NCBI GenBank assembly: GCA_021162685.1
Contig: JAGGYF010000028.1
Location: 1-64,000 of the forward strand
Origin: Candidatus Iainarchaeum sp.
GTDB lineage: Archaea; B1Sed10-29; WALL01
DNA: 64,000 nucleotides
Direction: 5' to 3'
Positions 39,233-48,174 of this stretch are shown here, one piece after another (within the stretch, counting starts at the first letter, position 1; the number at the start of each line of letters is the position of its first letter). The position numbers and the translations under genes were made by a program. Below the pieces are notes generated by a model that did not search any database, was not told the origin of the DNA, and saw only the letters and a program-made list of their open reading frames with translations.

Positions 39233-39242
39233 GGTGATATAG

Positions 39243-39848
39243 ATGGGAGATCCAAAACGATTGAGAAAAAAATATACTACACCTGGACATCCTTTTGAGA
39301 AGGAAAGGATTGAAGAGGAAAATAGGTTACTAAAAGAATATGGATTAAAGAACAAAAAGGAGATCTGGAAGGCAAAGAGTAGAATCAGAAACTTTAGGGC
39401 AATTGCGAGGAGATTAGAGGCAGAGAGAGGCCCGCAGAGAGAGACAAAAGAGAAGGAACTTATGAACAAATTGAAGAAAATAGGTTTGGTAGGAGAGGGT
39501 GCAACACTTGATGATGTTCTCTCATTAGAAGTAACAAACATATTGGATAGAAGGCTGCAGACCCTTGTTTTCAAAAAAGGGCTTGCCAGAACCATAAAAC
39601 AGGCAAGGCAGTTTATTGTACATGGGCATATCGCAATTGATGGAAGAAAGGTAGATGTTCCTGGTTACATAGTGCCTGTTGATGAGGAGGGAAAGATTGG
39701 ATACTATGGTGAACCTCCTGCAGTTATGAGAAAGACTGAAGAGACTATGCCAGCAACAGTTGAGAAAGAACCAGAAACAAAACCAAAGATAGTTGAGAAG
39801 GCGCCTGAAACAAAGCCAGCTATACCTCAAAAGGAGGGGTCTAAATGA
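39243..39848 (+). CDS. rps4: ribosomal protein uS4
   Basis: [31 protein letters not shown]. Confidence 0.97.
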   Translation: MGDPKRLRKKYTTPGHPFEKERIEEENRLLKEYGLKNKKEIWKAKSRIRNFRAIARRLEAERGPQRETKEKELMNKLKKIGLVGEGATLDDVLSLEVTNILDRRLQTLVFKKGLARTIKQARQFIVHGHIAIDGRKVDVPGYIVPVDEEGKIGYYGEPPAVMRKTEETMPATVEKEPETKPKIVEKAPETKPAIPQKEGSK

Positions 39849-40237
39849 GCACAAAAGAGAAGTGGGGGATAGCCCATATCTATGCATCAGCAAACAATAC
39901 AATAATAACAATAACAGACCTTACTGGAGCTGAAACATTTGCTAAGTGTTCTGGCGGTATGGTTGTTGACCAGGACTCAAAGCAGGGTTCTCCATATGCT
40001 GCAATGGAAGCTGCACTAAAAGCAGCTGAACAAGCAATGGCAAAAGGAATAACAGGAGTACATGTCAAGATAAGGGCACCTGGTGGACATAAATCAAAGC
40101 ATCCTGGTAAAGGTGCGCAGGGAGCAATAAGGGCACTAACCAGGGCAGGATTGAGAATAGGAAAAATAGAAGATGTAACGCCAATCCCACATGATGGAAC
40201 AAAGGCTCCTGGTGGAAAGAGAGGGAGGCGTATCTGA
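39845..40237 (+). CDS. rps11: ribosomal protein uS11
   Basis: [23 protein letters not shown]...GGKRGRR. Confidence 0.98.
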   Translation: MSTKEKWGIAHIYASANNTIITITDLTGAETFAKCSGGMVVDQDSKQGSPYAAMEAALKAAEQAMAKGITGVHVKIRAPGGHKSKHPGKGAQGAIRALTRAGLRIGKIEDVTPIPHDGTKAPGGKRGRRI

Positions 40238-41010
40238 TGAGGGTAAAGGTTCTTGAAAGCAAGCCAAATAAAGTAAAGCTTCATATAAGCGGCACAAAAC
40301 CCGTTATTGTTAACTCTTTAAGAAGGGCAATCCTGGGTCTAGTACCCGCGATGGCAATAACAGAGGTGAACATATACGAAAATACATCCGTGATGTTTGA
40401 TGAATATATTGCGCACAGGCTTGCAATGATTCCACTAACAACAGATTTGAAAACATATAAGATGCCAGAGGAATGCGAGGGAGGTGGATATAATACATGT
40501 TCTGTTGATTTGAGTTTAGATGTAAGCGGACCAAAGATGGTTTATTCCTCTGATCTCAAAACAACTGACCCAAAAGTAAAACCTGTTAGTGGAAAGATAC
40601 CTATTATTGAACTTCAACCAGGGCAACGCCTGAGGCTTGAGGCAAAAGCAACATTGGGTTATCCAGAAGAGCATGTGAGATGGCAGGTTGGAAACGCAGC
40701 ATATAGATATGTATTTAACGTGAAGATAGGAAAGGAATGTGAGAACTGTCTTGAATGTGTTAAAGCGTGTCCAAAAAAGGTATTAAAGAAAGGAAGTAAG
40801 AAAATAGAGGTCGCAAATCCGCTAGAATGCAATGGATGTGGCATATGCAAAGAGGTATGCAAAAAGGGCGCCATTGAAATAATACCAGACACAACATCAT
40901 TCATATTCACCATAGAGACAAACGGGCAGATGAGTGCGAGGGACGCACTTAACACAGCAGTAAGTGCACTCCAGAAAAAGGTCTCAGAGATGAGAGAGAT
41001 AATGAAATAA
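40237..41010 (+). CDS. rpoD: RNA polymerase subunit D (Rpo3) with ferredoxin-like insert
   Basis: NSLRR, NTSV.FDE.IAHRL..IPL, CxxCxxCxxxCP. Confidence 0.96.
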   Translation: MRVKVLESKPNKVKLHISGTKPVIVNSLRRAILGLVPAMAITEVNIYENTSVMFDEYIAHRLAMIPLTTDLKTYKMPEECEGGGYNTCSVDLSLDVSGPKMVYSSDLKTTDPKVKPVSGKIPIIELQPGQRLRLEAKATLGYPEEHVRWQVGNAAYRYVFNVKIGKECENCLECVKACPKKVLKKGSKKIEVANPLECNGCGICKEVCKKGAIEIIPDTTSFIFTIETNGQMSARDALNTAVSALQKKVSEMREIMK

Positions 41011-41012
41011 AT

Positions 41013-41131
41013 GCGGGGGTGCCGGAGCCTCCCTCGTGCCTTCATTGGCACGAAGGCTCAAGTGGTCAAACGGGCAGGATTGAGGGTCCTGTGGCTTAGT
41101 GCCTGCGCGAGTTCGAAGCTCGTCCCCCGCA
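41013..41131 (+). tRNA. tRNA-Leu(GAG) with 33-nt D-loop intron (41030-41062)
   Basis: Acceptor GCGGGGG/CCCCCGC, anticodon arm CAGGA-TTGAGGG-TCCTG, long variable arm. Removing 41030-41062 restores the canonical D-loop GAGCCTGGTCAAA; a BHB-like fold is possible. Confidence 0.92.
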
Positions 41132-41360
41132 CTGACCAAATTACATATGGTCGTTCGTGGTGGGATACAAGATCCCACTTACAGCAGGAGGGGGTGTGGA
41201 ATCCGAGGGTTTCCAGGGGGAACCTGGGTTCCCCATAAAGGACGCTCTGACCAAATTACATATGGTCGTTCGTGGTGTGGCATAAAGCCACACTATTAGA
41301 GGGGGATGTGCCCCCATAAAGGACGCTCTTCGAAGCTCGTCCCCCGCACTGACCAAATTA
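41112..41360 (+). repeat. two tandem structured repeat units bracketed by a 32-bp direct repeat containing the tRNA-Leu 3' end
   Basis: TTCGAAGCTCGTCCCCCGCACTGACCAAATTA at 41112-41143 and 41329-41360; units at 41134-41248 and 41249-41329. Confidence 0.93.
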
Positions 41361-41407
41361 AACAACCTAGAAAATCCGAGTCCGAAAGGGCGTAAGGAGG
41401 TATTGGG

Positions 41408-41704
41408 ATGATATCAAAAAAGATTGCGAAGACAAAACTTGGAAAGGAAATAAAGAAACGCATGGAAAAGAGCAGAAAGAACAAGGCAGAAGTAAACATA
41501 GGTAAGATTGCGAAGTATACAAAAAAAGGCGATAAGGTTGTGGTCGTTGGAAAGGTCCTGGGCATGGGTAGTATAAGTCATGCTGTAACTGTTGCTGCTC
41601 TAGCCTTTTCAAAATCTGCAAAAGAAAAGATAGAGAAGGCAGGGGGAAAAGCGATCCGTATACATGAACTTGAAGAAACAAAGGGAGTTAAATTGATGGC
41701 ATGA
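41408..41704 (+). CDS. rpl18e: ribosomal protein eL18 (short)
   Basis: AEVNIGKI, VVV.GKVLG.G, VTVAAL.FS.SA.EKI; conserved position. Confidence 0.92.
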   Translation: MISKKIAKTKLGKEIKKRMEKSRKNKAEVNIGKIAKYTKKGDKVVVVGKVLGMGSISHAVTVAALAFSKSAKEKIEKAGGKAIRIHELEETKGVKLMA

Positions 41705-41713
41705 GGTGTTGTT

Positions 41714-42151
41714 ATGAAGGTCATAGATGCAGACGGGCTTGTGCTTGGAAGGCTTGCAAGTAATGTTGCTAAGATGCTGCTCAATGGAGAAAAGGTTGTT
41801 ATAGTGAACGCAGAAAAGGCAGTGATCACTGGAAGGAGAGATGATATATTTGAGAAATATAAGCAACGCATTGACAGAGCAGATAGAGCAAATCCCAGGA
41901 GAGGGCCAAAGTTTCCAAAGGTTCCAGATAGGCTTGTAAAGAGAACAATAAGGGGAATGGTTGGATATAGAACAAAACGTGGAAAAAGAGCATTAAGGGC
42001 ATTGAAGGTGTATATAGGTGTACCAAAAGAGTTTGATGGTAAAGCAGAGGACATCAAAAATATAAAAAAGGCTGGTAAGGATGTTAGAGGCATTCGCGTT
42101 GGAGAATTATGTAAGATGCTTGGATGGAAAAACCCATTAGGAGGAAGATAG
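41714..42151 (+). CDS. rpl13: ribosomal protein uL13
   Basis: IDA.GLVLGRLAS, VNAEKAVITG, KRTIRGM. Confidence 0.97.
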   Translation: MKVIDADGLVLGRLASNVAKMLLNGEKVVIVNAEKAVITGRRDDIFEKYKQRIDRADRANPRRGPKFPKVPDRLVKRTIRGMVGYRTKRGKRALRALKVYIGVPKEFDGKAEDIKNIKKAGKDVRGIRVGELCKMLGWKNPLGGR

Positions 42152-42152
42152 G

Positions 42153-42578
42153 ATGGCGAGAAAGAAAGCAGATATACTGACAAAAGCAAAGAAAAAAACA
42201 GCAATAGCAAGAGCTGTGATAAAAAAGGGTACAGGAAATATACGAATTAATTCAAAATCCATTGACACAATAACTGATGAGATGGTCAGAGATGAGATAA
42301 TGATTCCTTTTAAGATTGCATCAAATATATTGGGCGAAGGGTTTGAGGATAACATTGATATTTATGTTAACGTCAGAGGCGGAGGAGTAATGGGGAGAGC
42401 AGAAGCAGTAAAATCAGCAATAGCAAGAGCAATAGTAAAATACACAAATAATGATAAGTTGAAGGATGCATTCCTTTCGTATGACAGGCATCTTCTCGTA
42501 GATGATGTAAGGAGGAAGGAGCCAAAGAAGGCGTTAAGGAAAGGAGCAAGGGCAAAATATCAGAAGAGTTATAGGTGA
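42153..42578 (+). CDS. rps9: ribosomal protein uS9
   Basis: [37 protein letters not shown]. Confidence 0.97.
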   Translation: MARKKADILTKAKKKTAIARAVIKKGTGNIRINSKSIDTITDEMVRDEIMIPFKIASNILGEGFEDNIDIYVNVRGGGVMGRAEAVKSAIARAIVKYTNNDKLKDAFLSYDRHLLVDDVRRKEPKKALRKGARAKYQKSYR

Positions 42579-42582
42579 TGTT

Positions 42583-42777
42583 ATGCATATACCAGTAAGA
42601 TGTTTTACATGTGGAAAATTGATAGGACATAAATGGGAAGAATTTAAGAAAAGAGTTGATAAAGGGGAGGATCCAGAGAAGGTGTTGGATAGTCTTGGAT
42701 TTGATAGATACTGCTGCAGAAGAATGTTCATAAGCCATGTTGAGGTGATGGATGAGATAAAGAAATACCCAAGATAA
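42583..42777 (+). CDS. rpoN: RNA polymerase subunit N (Rpo10)
   Basis: PVRCFTCGK...RYCCRRM..SH. Confidence 0.97.
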   Translation: MHIPVRCFTCGKLIGHKWEEFKKRVDKGEDPEKVLDSLGFDRYCCRRMFISHVEVMDEIKKYPR

Positions 42778-42805
42778 CATCCCTCCCCCTTCGGATCAAT
42801 GAGAA

Positions 42806-42878
42806 GGGGCCGTAGGGTAGCTTGGTATCCTACCAGCTTGGGGTGCTGGCAACCCGAGTTCAAATCTCGGCGGCCCCA
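42806..42878 (+). tRNA. tRNA-Pro(GGG)
   Basis: GGGGCCG/CGGCCCC acceptor, CCAGC-TTGGGGT-GCTGG anticodon arm, CCGAG-TTCAAAT-CTCGG T arm. Confidence 0.97.
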
Positions 42879-42946
42879 CTGGTATTTCATGCTAATCTCC
42901 CTGGTTTGTTTTTTGAAAGCGATGGGGAGTTAAAAGAGGTGTAAAA

Positions 42947-43630
42947 ATGCCTGAAACCAAAAAGAAAAAAGTGATGAAAAAGAAAATTACAAAAAAAATA
43001 GTGAAAAAAACTGAAGGTGAGGAAAAGCCACAGGAAGAATATCTTGTGCCAATAGATGAATATCTGAAAGCAGGTATACACATAGGTTCGCAATACAAAA
43101 CAGGTGATATGCGGCCATACATATACAAGACAAGGCAAGATGGGCTTCATGTTCTTGATATAAAAACAATTGACAAAAGGATCAGACTTGCTGCAAACTT
43201 CTTGGCAAACTATGAACCATCAAAGATACTTGTTGTTGCTGGAAGGGTATACGCAAGAACACCCGCAAGAAGATTTGCTGAGAATGTTGGGTGCTTACTA
43301 TCAACAAAGCGCTTTGTCCCAGGTACATTGACAAATCCGAATAATCCAAACTTTGTTGAGCCAGATGTTGTTCTTGTCTCAGACCCTGGCGTGGATAGAC
43401 AGGTTATAAGAGAGGCAAAGAAAGTCAGGATCCCTGTTGTTGCATTTTGCGACACAAACAACTTATTAAAAAACATTGACTTCTGCGTACCATTGAATAA
43501 TAAGGGGAAGAAGGCGCTTGCGCTTGCGTACTGGCTTCTAGCAAGGGAACTCATGCTGAAGAAAGGGATAATATCCAACAGAACCGATTTCAGGGAGACA
43601 TTAGAGTCATTTGAGGCATCAGGTAAGTAA
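42947..43630 (+). CDS. rps2: ribosomal protein uS2
   Basis: YLKAGIHIG, RFVPGTLTNP, P.NNKGKKALAL.YWLL. Confidence 0.97.
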   Translation: MPETKKKKVMKKKITKKIVKKTEGEEKPQEEYLVPIDEYLKAGIHIGSQYKTGDMRPYIYKTRQDGLHVLDIKTIDKRIRLAANFLANYEPSKILVVAGRVYARTPARRFAENVGCLLSTKRFVPGTLTNPNNPNFVEPDVVLVSDPGVDRQVIREAKKVRIPVVAFCDTNNLLKNIDFCVPLNNKGKKALALAYWLLARELMLKKGIISNRTDFRETLESFEASGK

Positions 43631-43631
43631 C

Positions 43632-44399
43632 ATGCGAAGAGAACCTGTTGTTGCAGGCCAGTTCTATCCTTTTTCAGAGGACGCATTGAGAAAGATGATT
43701 GAAGAGTATGTAAGCCAAGGTGAACCAGAAAAGGATGTAATTGCTGCTGTTTCTCCACATGCTGGATACATGTATTCTGGTCCTGTTGCTGGTTTCACAT
43801 ATGCGGCAATCTCAGAAATGAAACCAAAGGTTATAGCCATTATTGGCCCGGACCACACTGGCGCAGCGATGAACAGAACATATTGCTATCCAGATGGGGA
43901 ATGGGAAACTCCACTGGGAGTGGTAGAAACTGTTGCGATGGATGGTATTGAAGTAAATGAGAACGCACATGCATTTGAACATTCTATTGAGGTGCAAGTA
44001 CCATTCCTGCAGTATATATACAAACACAACTTCAAGATCTCTCCGATTATTATGGGCAACCAAAGCTTGGATGAAGCATTACTTGTTGGAGAGAGAATAA
44101 GGGCAGACCTTGTTATAGCATCGTCTGATTTCTCACATTATGTTCCGTACGACACAGCAGTGAAAAACGACTTATACGCAATAGAAGCAGTTGAAAGAAT
44201 GGATGAAAAATTGTTTTACGAGCGCATATATGAAAAGAATGTTACAGCATGTGGATATGGTCCTATAACTGCTGCAATGCATTACGCAAAATTAAACAGG
44301 GCAAAACAGGGCAAACTTCTGAAGTATGCAACATCTGGTGATGTAACAGGGGACAAAGGAGCAGTTGTGGGATATGCATCCATAATATTCAAAAGATGA
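43632..44399 (+). CDS. MEMO1 family protein
   Basis: R.P.VAGQFYP, PHAGYMYSG, EHSIEVQ.PF, ASSDFSHY, CGYGP. Confidence 0.95.
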   Translation: MRREPVVAGQFYPFSEDALRKMIEEYVSQGEPEKDVIAAVSPHAGYMYSGPVAGFTYAAISEMKPKVIAIIGPDHTGAAMNRTYCYPDGEWETPLGVVETVAMDGIEVNENAHAFEHSIEVQVPFLQYIYKHNFKISPIIMGNQSLDEALLVGERIRADLVIASSDFSHYVPYDTAVKNDLYAIEAVERMDEKLFYERIYEKNVTACGYGPITAAMHYAKLNRAKQGKLLKYATSGDVTGDKGAVVGYASIIFKR

Positions 44400-44449
44400 A
44401 AATGTGTTGATTGTCGTAATCATGTTTTTATATCAGCGAGGTTATAAAG

Positions 44450-45403
44450 ATGAAAATGCGAGATTTTATGGCCTCTGCGCCTGGAAAAGTGATATTGCTT
44501 GGAGAGCATGCTGTTGTCTATAATAGACCTGCTATAGCTGTGCCTGTAAATGCGGTGGAAGCAACATCAGAGGTTTCATATAGAGAGGGTGGCGTTTTTG
44601 TAAAGGCTCTGGACTTTGCTAAGGAGTATGATATTACAAAGAGGCCATTGAAAGAGGGAGATGATGGATTCGCATTGCAGGAGACAGTATACCACACATA
44701 TGAATACTTACAGAAAAGGCCAGAGGACGTAGAGATAAGGGTTACATCAACCATACCCGTTGCCGCAGGCATGGGTTCTGGTGCTGCTATTGCTGTTTCA
44801 ATGATCAGAGCAATTGCTGGATATCTGAAGAAGGAACTATTACCAGAGGAGGTCAATTATCTTGCGTATAAAACAGAGATCATACACCATGGTACTCCAT
44901 CGGGTATTGACAATACAGTAATCACATACAATAAACCCGTATATTTCATAAGCGAACCTAGGAAGATGGAACGATTGGACATAGCAAAACCATTTATGCT
45001 TGTTATTGGTGATACGGGAATAAGATCAAATACAAAAGAAGTTGTTGCAATGGTGAGAGAGAACAGAAAAAAGAATTACAGCAAATATAAACAGATATGG
45101 AATGAGATCGCAGATATAGTTAATGAAGCAAGGGATGCGATCATAAATGGAGACATAGAACATATCGGTCCACTAATGAACAGGAATCATGAACTACTAA
45201 AACAAATACATGTTTCCTGTGATGAGCTGGATAAACTTGTAGATGCTGCATTAGATGCTGGAGCAATAGGTGCAAAACTTTCTGGCGCTGGAAGAGGAGG
45301 AGATATGATTGCACTGGTGAATGAAGGCACAAAAGAAGATGTGGCAAATGCCCTGCGTAGAGCAGGGGCAAAAAATGTAATTATCACAGAGGTAAAACCA
45401 TGA
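44450..45403 (+). CDS. mvk: mevalonate kinase
   Basis: APGKVILLGEHAVVY, P..AGMGSGAA, HGTPSGID, GAKLSGAGRGG. Confidence 0.93.
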   Translation: MKMRDFMASAPGKVILLGEHAVVYNRPAIAVPVNAVEATSEVSYREGGVFVKALDFAKEYDITKRPLKEGDDGFALQETVYHTYEYLQKRPEDVEIRVTSTIPVAAGMGSGAAIAVSMIRAIAGYLKKELLPEEVNYLAYKTEIIHHGTPSGIDNTVITYNKPVYFISEPRKMERLDIAKPFMLVIGDTGIRSNTKEVVAMVRENRKKNYSKYKQIWNEIADIVNEARDAIINGDIEHIGPLMNRNHELLKQIHVSCDELDKLVDAALDAGAIGAKLSGAGRGGDMIALVNEGTKEDVANALRRAGAKNVIITEVKP

Positions 45404-45954
45404 GGATTATTGTGGGAATTACAGGTGCATCTGGAAGCATTATAGGAAAGAGGATACTTGAAGTGCTAAAAGAAAAAGATATTGAAACACATTTGGTTAT
45501 AACAGATGCTGGAAAAACCACCATGAGTTATGAAATCGGTGATGTCAGAACAGTGGAGGAACTAGCAACAAAGACCTATGATATAAATGATATAGGCGCT
45601 GCTATTGCAAGTGGTTCATTTGAAACTCAGGGTATGATTGTTGCTCCATGCTCAATGAAAACAATGTCTGCAATAGCAAATGGCTTTGAAATAAACCTTC
45701 TGGTAAGGGCAGCAGATGCCTGCCTAAAACAGAGGAGGAGACTGATTCTCGTACCAAGGGAAACACCAATAATAAAAAGTTATGCAGAGAACATGGTAAA
45801 ATGCCTTGAACTAGGAGCCATAGTTGTTCCGCCTATGGTACCATATTACGAAAAGCCTAAGACTGTTGACGAGATAACAGATTTCTTTGTGGGGAGAGTA
45901 TTGGACTTCTTTGGGATTGAACATAGCTTATACAAAAAATGGGGTGGACTATGA
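45400..45954 (+). CDS. ubiX: flavin prenyltransferase UbiX
   Basis: IVGITGASG, IASGS, APCSMKT, RAAD..LK, PRETP. Confidence 0.95.
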   Translation: MRIIVGITGASGSIIGKRILEVLKEKDIETHLVITDAGKTTMSYEIGDVRTVEELATKTYDINDIGAAIASGSFETQGMIVAPCSMKTMSAIANGFEINLLVRAADACLKQRRRLILVPRETPIIKSYAENMVKCLELGAIVVPPMVPYYEKPKTVDEITDFFVGRVLDFFGIEHSLYKKWGGL

Positions 45955-46586
45955 AAGCCATTGTATTTGACATAGATGGTGTGCTTGTGGATACTGTAGG
46001 CAGCTTCTATACTGCATACAATGAAGCTATGAAAAGTGTTGGGAGTTACATTACAGAAAAGGAGTACCTTGATAGGGTTCACCTGCAAGGCTATAAAATA
46101 TTTGAAGAGATTCTGAAGATTAGAGGGATTGAAGCAGATGCAAAAGAGTTGAATCATTTGAAAAATAAGATTGTCAATAATATGCTTAAGAATGCAAAAC
46201 TGAAAAAAGGTGTTAATGAAATATTGAAAATGTTGAGTGAAAACAATATTAAGTATTGTATTGCAACAGCATCAGAACGTGAACAAACTGAAATCATATT
46301 AAATGCTGTTGGCATTTCACATCTATTTCCCATAGTTGTGACTGCAAGTGATACTGAAGATGATGATGTAAAACCAAATATATATTACATTGCAGCAGAT
46401 AGACTTAAAGAACCAATAGAAAATTGCGTATTGGTTGAGGATTCACTGCATAATATCAAAGTGGGAAAATCTATAGGCATGGGCTGCATTGGTGTCATTG
46501 GCAAATATTCAAAAGAAGGACTAAAAGAGGCTGCAGACTATGTTGTAGGACATGTTGGAGAGATAAAAACGGAGTGGTTAAGATGA
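45951..46586 (+). CDS. HAD family phosphatase
   Basis: FDIDGVLVDT, KP..Y, VEDS...I. Confidence 0.9.
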   Translation: MKAIVFDIDGVLVDTVGSFYTAYNEAMKSVGSYITEKEYLDRVHLQGYKIFEEILKIRGIEADAKELNHLKNKIVNNMLKNAKLKKGVNEILKMLSENNIKYCIATASEREQTEIILNAVGISHLFPIVVTASDTEDDDVKPNIYYIAADRLKEPIENCVLVEDSLHNIKVGKSIGMGCIGVIGKYSKEGLKEAADYVVGHVGEIKTEWLR

Positions 46587-47791
46587 ACCTAACAAAAGAA
46601 GAACAGAAAATGCTTGATGGAGAATATGGAGAGGGTGTACAAAAAGCAATGGAAATCATTGTTGCCCTTGGGAAGATTTATGGCGCTGAAAATTTGGTAG
46701 AAGTTGCATCAGTCCAAGTGGCAGGAGTCTCCTACAAGAATCTGGGAGATGCAGGCATTGAATTTTTAGAGGAGTGGGCATCAAAGGGGGCCAAGGTCAA
46801 AGTGCCAACAACATTGAACCCAGCAGGCATGGACCTTGATGACTGGAAAAGCATTGGATTTGCAGAGGAATTTGCTGATAAGCAATTAGAGGTTATTAAA
46901 GCATTTAGTAAAATGGGTATCCCACCGACATGCACATGCACGCCATATCTTGCTGGTAATATCCCAAAATTTGGCGACCATATCGCATGGGCTGAGAGTT
47001 CTGCTGTCTCATTTGCAAACTCTGTCATAGGTGCTAGAACAAATAGAGAAGGAGGACCATCTGCTATTGCAGCAGCAGTAACAGGAAGAACAGCAAATTT
47101 TGGGTATCATCTTGATGAAAACAGGGTGGCAACATTTAAGATCATTGTTGAAGCAGACATGAAAGATACAAGTGATTTTGGTGCATTGGGGTACTGGACA
47201 GGAAAACAATTGCGTAATAAAGTGCCTTTCTTTGTTGGTATAAAACACGCTACTACTGATTGCCTAAAATCGCTTGGCGCTGCCTCTGCTGCTAGTGGAG
47301 GTATTGCTCTGTACCATATTGAAAATATAACAGCTGAAGCAAGAGCAAAAGCAATGCTCAGCGATGACCATGAAACAGTCACATTTACAGATAAAGAGAA
47401 AAGAGATGTATTTGAAGCCATTGGCTTTTCTGAATCAGAAATAGACCTTGTTGTCTTTGGGTGCCCACATGCAAGTCTTGAAGAAGTGAGAACAATCGCA
47501 GAACGTGTAAAAGGAAAAAAACTCAAAGCAATGTTATGGATAACAACTTCAAAGCAAGTAAAATCTATGGCTGAGAGGATGGGTCTTGTAAAGGATATAG
47601 AGGACGCTGGGGGTTATATCATAGCTGACATGTGCGCTGTTGTTGCTCCGGTAAAGTCGTTTGGGTTCAAGAACATAGCTGTAAATTCCGGAAAATATGC
47701 GTGGTATCTTCCAAACCAAGGCTTTAATGTAAGGTTTGGCTCAACAGAAAAGTGCATAGAAGCAGCAATAACAGGAAGGTGGGAACCATGA
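46583..47791 (+). CDS. aconitase X large subunit (phosphomevalonate dehydratase L)
   Basis: GVSYKNLG, TTLNP.G, TCTPY, WAESSA..FANSV.GARTNREGG, GCPH; mevalonate gene context. Confidence 0.92.
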   Translation: MNLTKEEQKMLDGEYGEGVQKAMEIIVALGKIYGAENLVEVASVQVAGVSYKNLGDAGIEFLEEWASKGAKVKVPTTLNPAGMDLDDWKSIGFAEEFADKQLEVIKAFSKMGIPPTCTCTPYLAGNIPKFGDHIAWAESSAVSFANSVIGARTNREGGPSAIAAAVTGRTANFGYHLDENRVATFKIIVEADMKDTSDFGALGYWTGKQLRNKVPFFVGIKHATTDCLKSLGAASAASGGIALYHIENITAEARAKAMLSDDHETVTFTDKEKRDVFEAIGFSESEIDLVVFGCPHASLEEVRTIAERVKGKKLKAMLWITTSKQVKSMAERMGLVKDIEDAGGYIIADMCAVVAPVKSFGFKNIAVNSGKYAWYLPNQGFNVRFGSTEKCIEAAITGRWEP

Positions 47792-48174
47792 TTGAATTGC
47801 ATGGAAGAATTGTAAAGAGGGGTGCTGCAGAAGGAATCGCGCTCGTATCAAATGAACCTATTGGATTCTATGGTAATATTGACCCAGACACAGGAATCGT
47901 CATAGAAAAAGGACATCCTCTTGAAGGGCAATGTATTGCTGGAAAGGTTCTTGTTTTCCCGACAGGAAAAGGGAGTACTGTTGGTTCTTATACCATGTAC
48001 AGACTAAAGAAGAATGGAAAAGCTCCTATAGCAATAATAAATGAGGAGAGTGAACCCATAATCGCCGTTGGTGCTATAATATCAGATATACCACTAGTTG
48101 ACAAGGTAGATATCTCAAAAATAAGGACAGGAGACAAGGTCAAAATTGACGGGGAGGTCGTTCGCATTGAGTGA
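47788..48174 (+). CDS. aconitase X swivel subunit (DUF126; phosphomevalonate dehydratase S)
   Basis: DP.TG...EKGHPL.G..IAGKVLVFP.GKGSTVGSY. Confidence 0.93.
   Translation: MIELHGRIVKRGAAEGIALVSNEPIGFYGNIDPDTGIVIEKGHPLEGQCIAGKVLVFPTGKGSTVGSYTMYRLKKNGKAPIAIINEESEPIIAVGAIISDIPLVDKVDISKIRTGDKVKIDGEVVRIE

Noticed and set aside
41132-41329. Known self-cleaving ribozyme (hammerhead, HDV/theta, twister) or C/D-box sRNA
   Set aside because: CTGA is not followed by NGA and there is no matching GAAA core. I could not build an HDV double pseudoknot consistent across the three copies, the twister pseudoknot pairs are missing, and there is no box C. A novel fold is not excluded.
41112-41360. CRISPR mini-array
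   Set aside because: Only two full units of unequal length (115 and 81 nt). The variable parts are themselves conserved hairpins rather than unique spacers, and no cas genes are present.
40984-41365. Short ORFs in the track over the tRNA-Leu and repeat region (also 21419-21626 over tRNA-Ser)
   Set aside because: They overlap tRNA genes and GC-rich hairpins and have no protein-like features.
41374-41400. K-turn or leader before rpl18e (GTCC-GAAA-GGGC)
   Set aside because: Only a 4-bp GNRA hairpin without proper tandem GA pairs; too weak to call.
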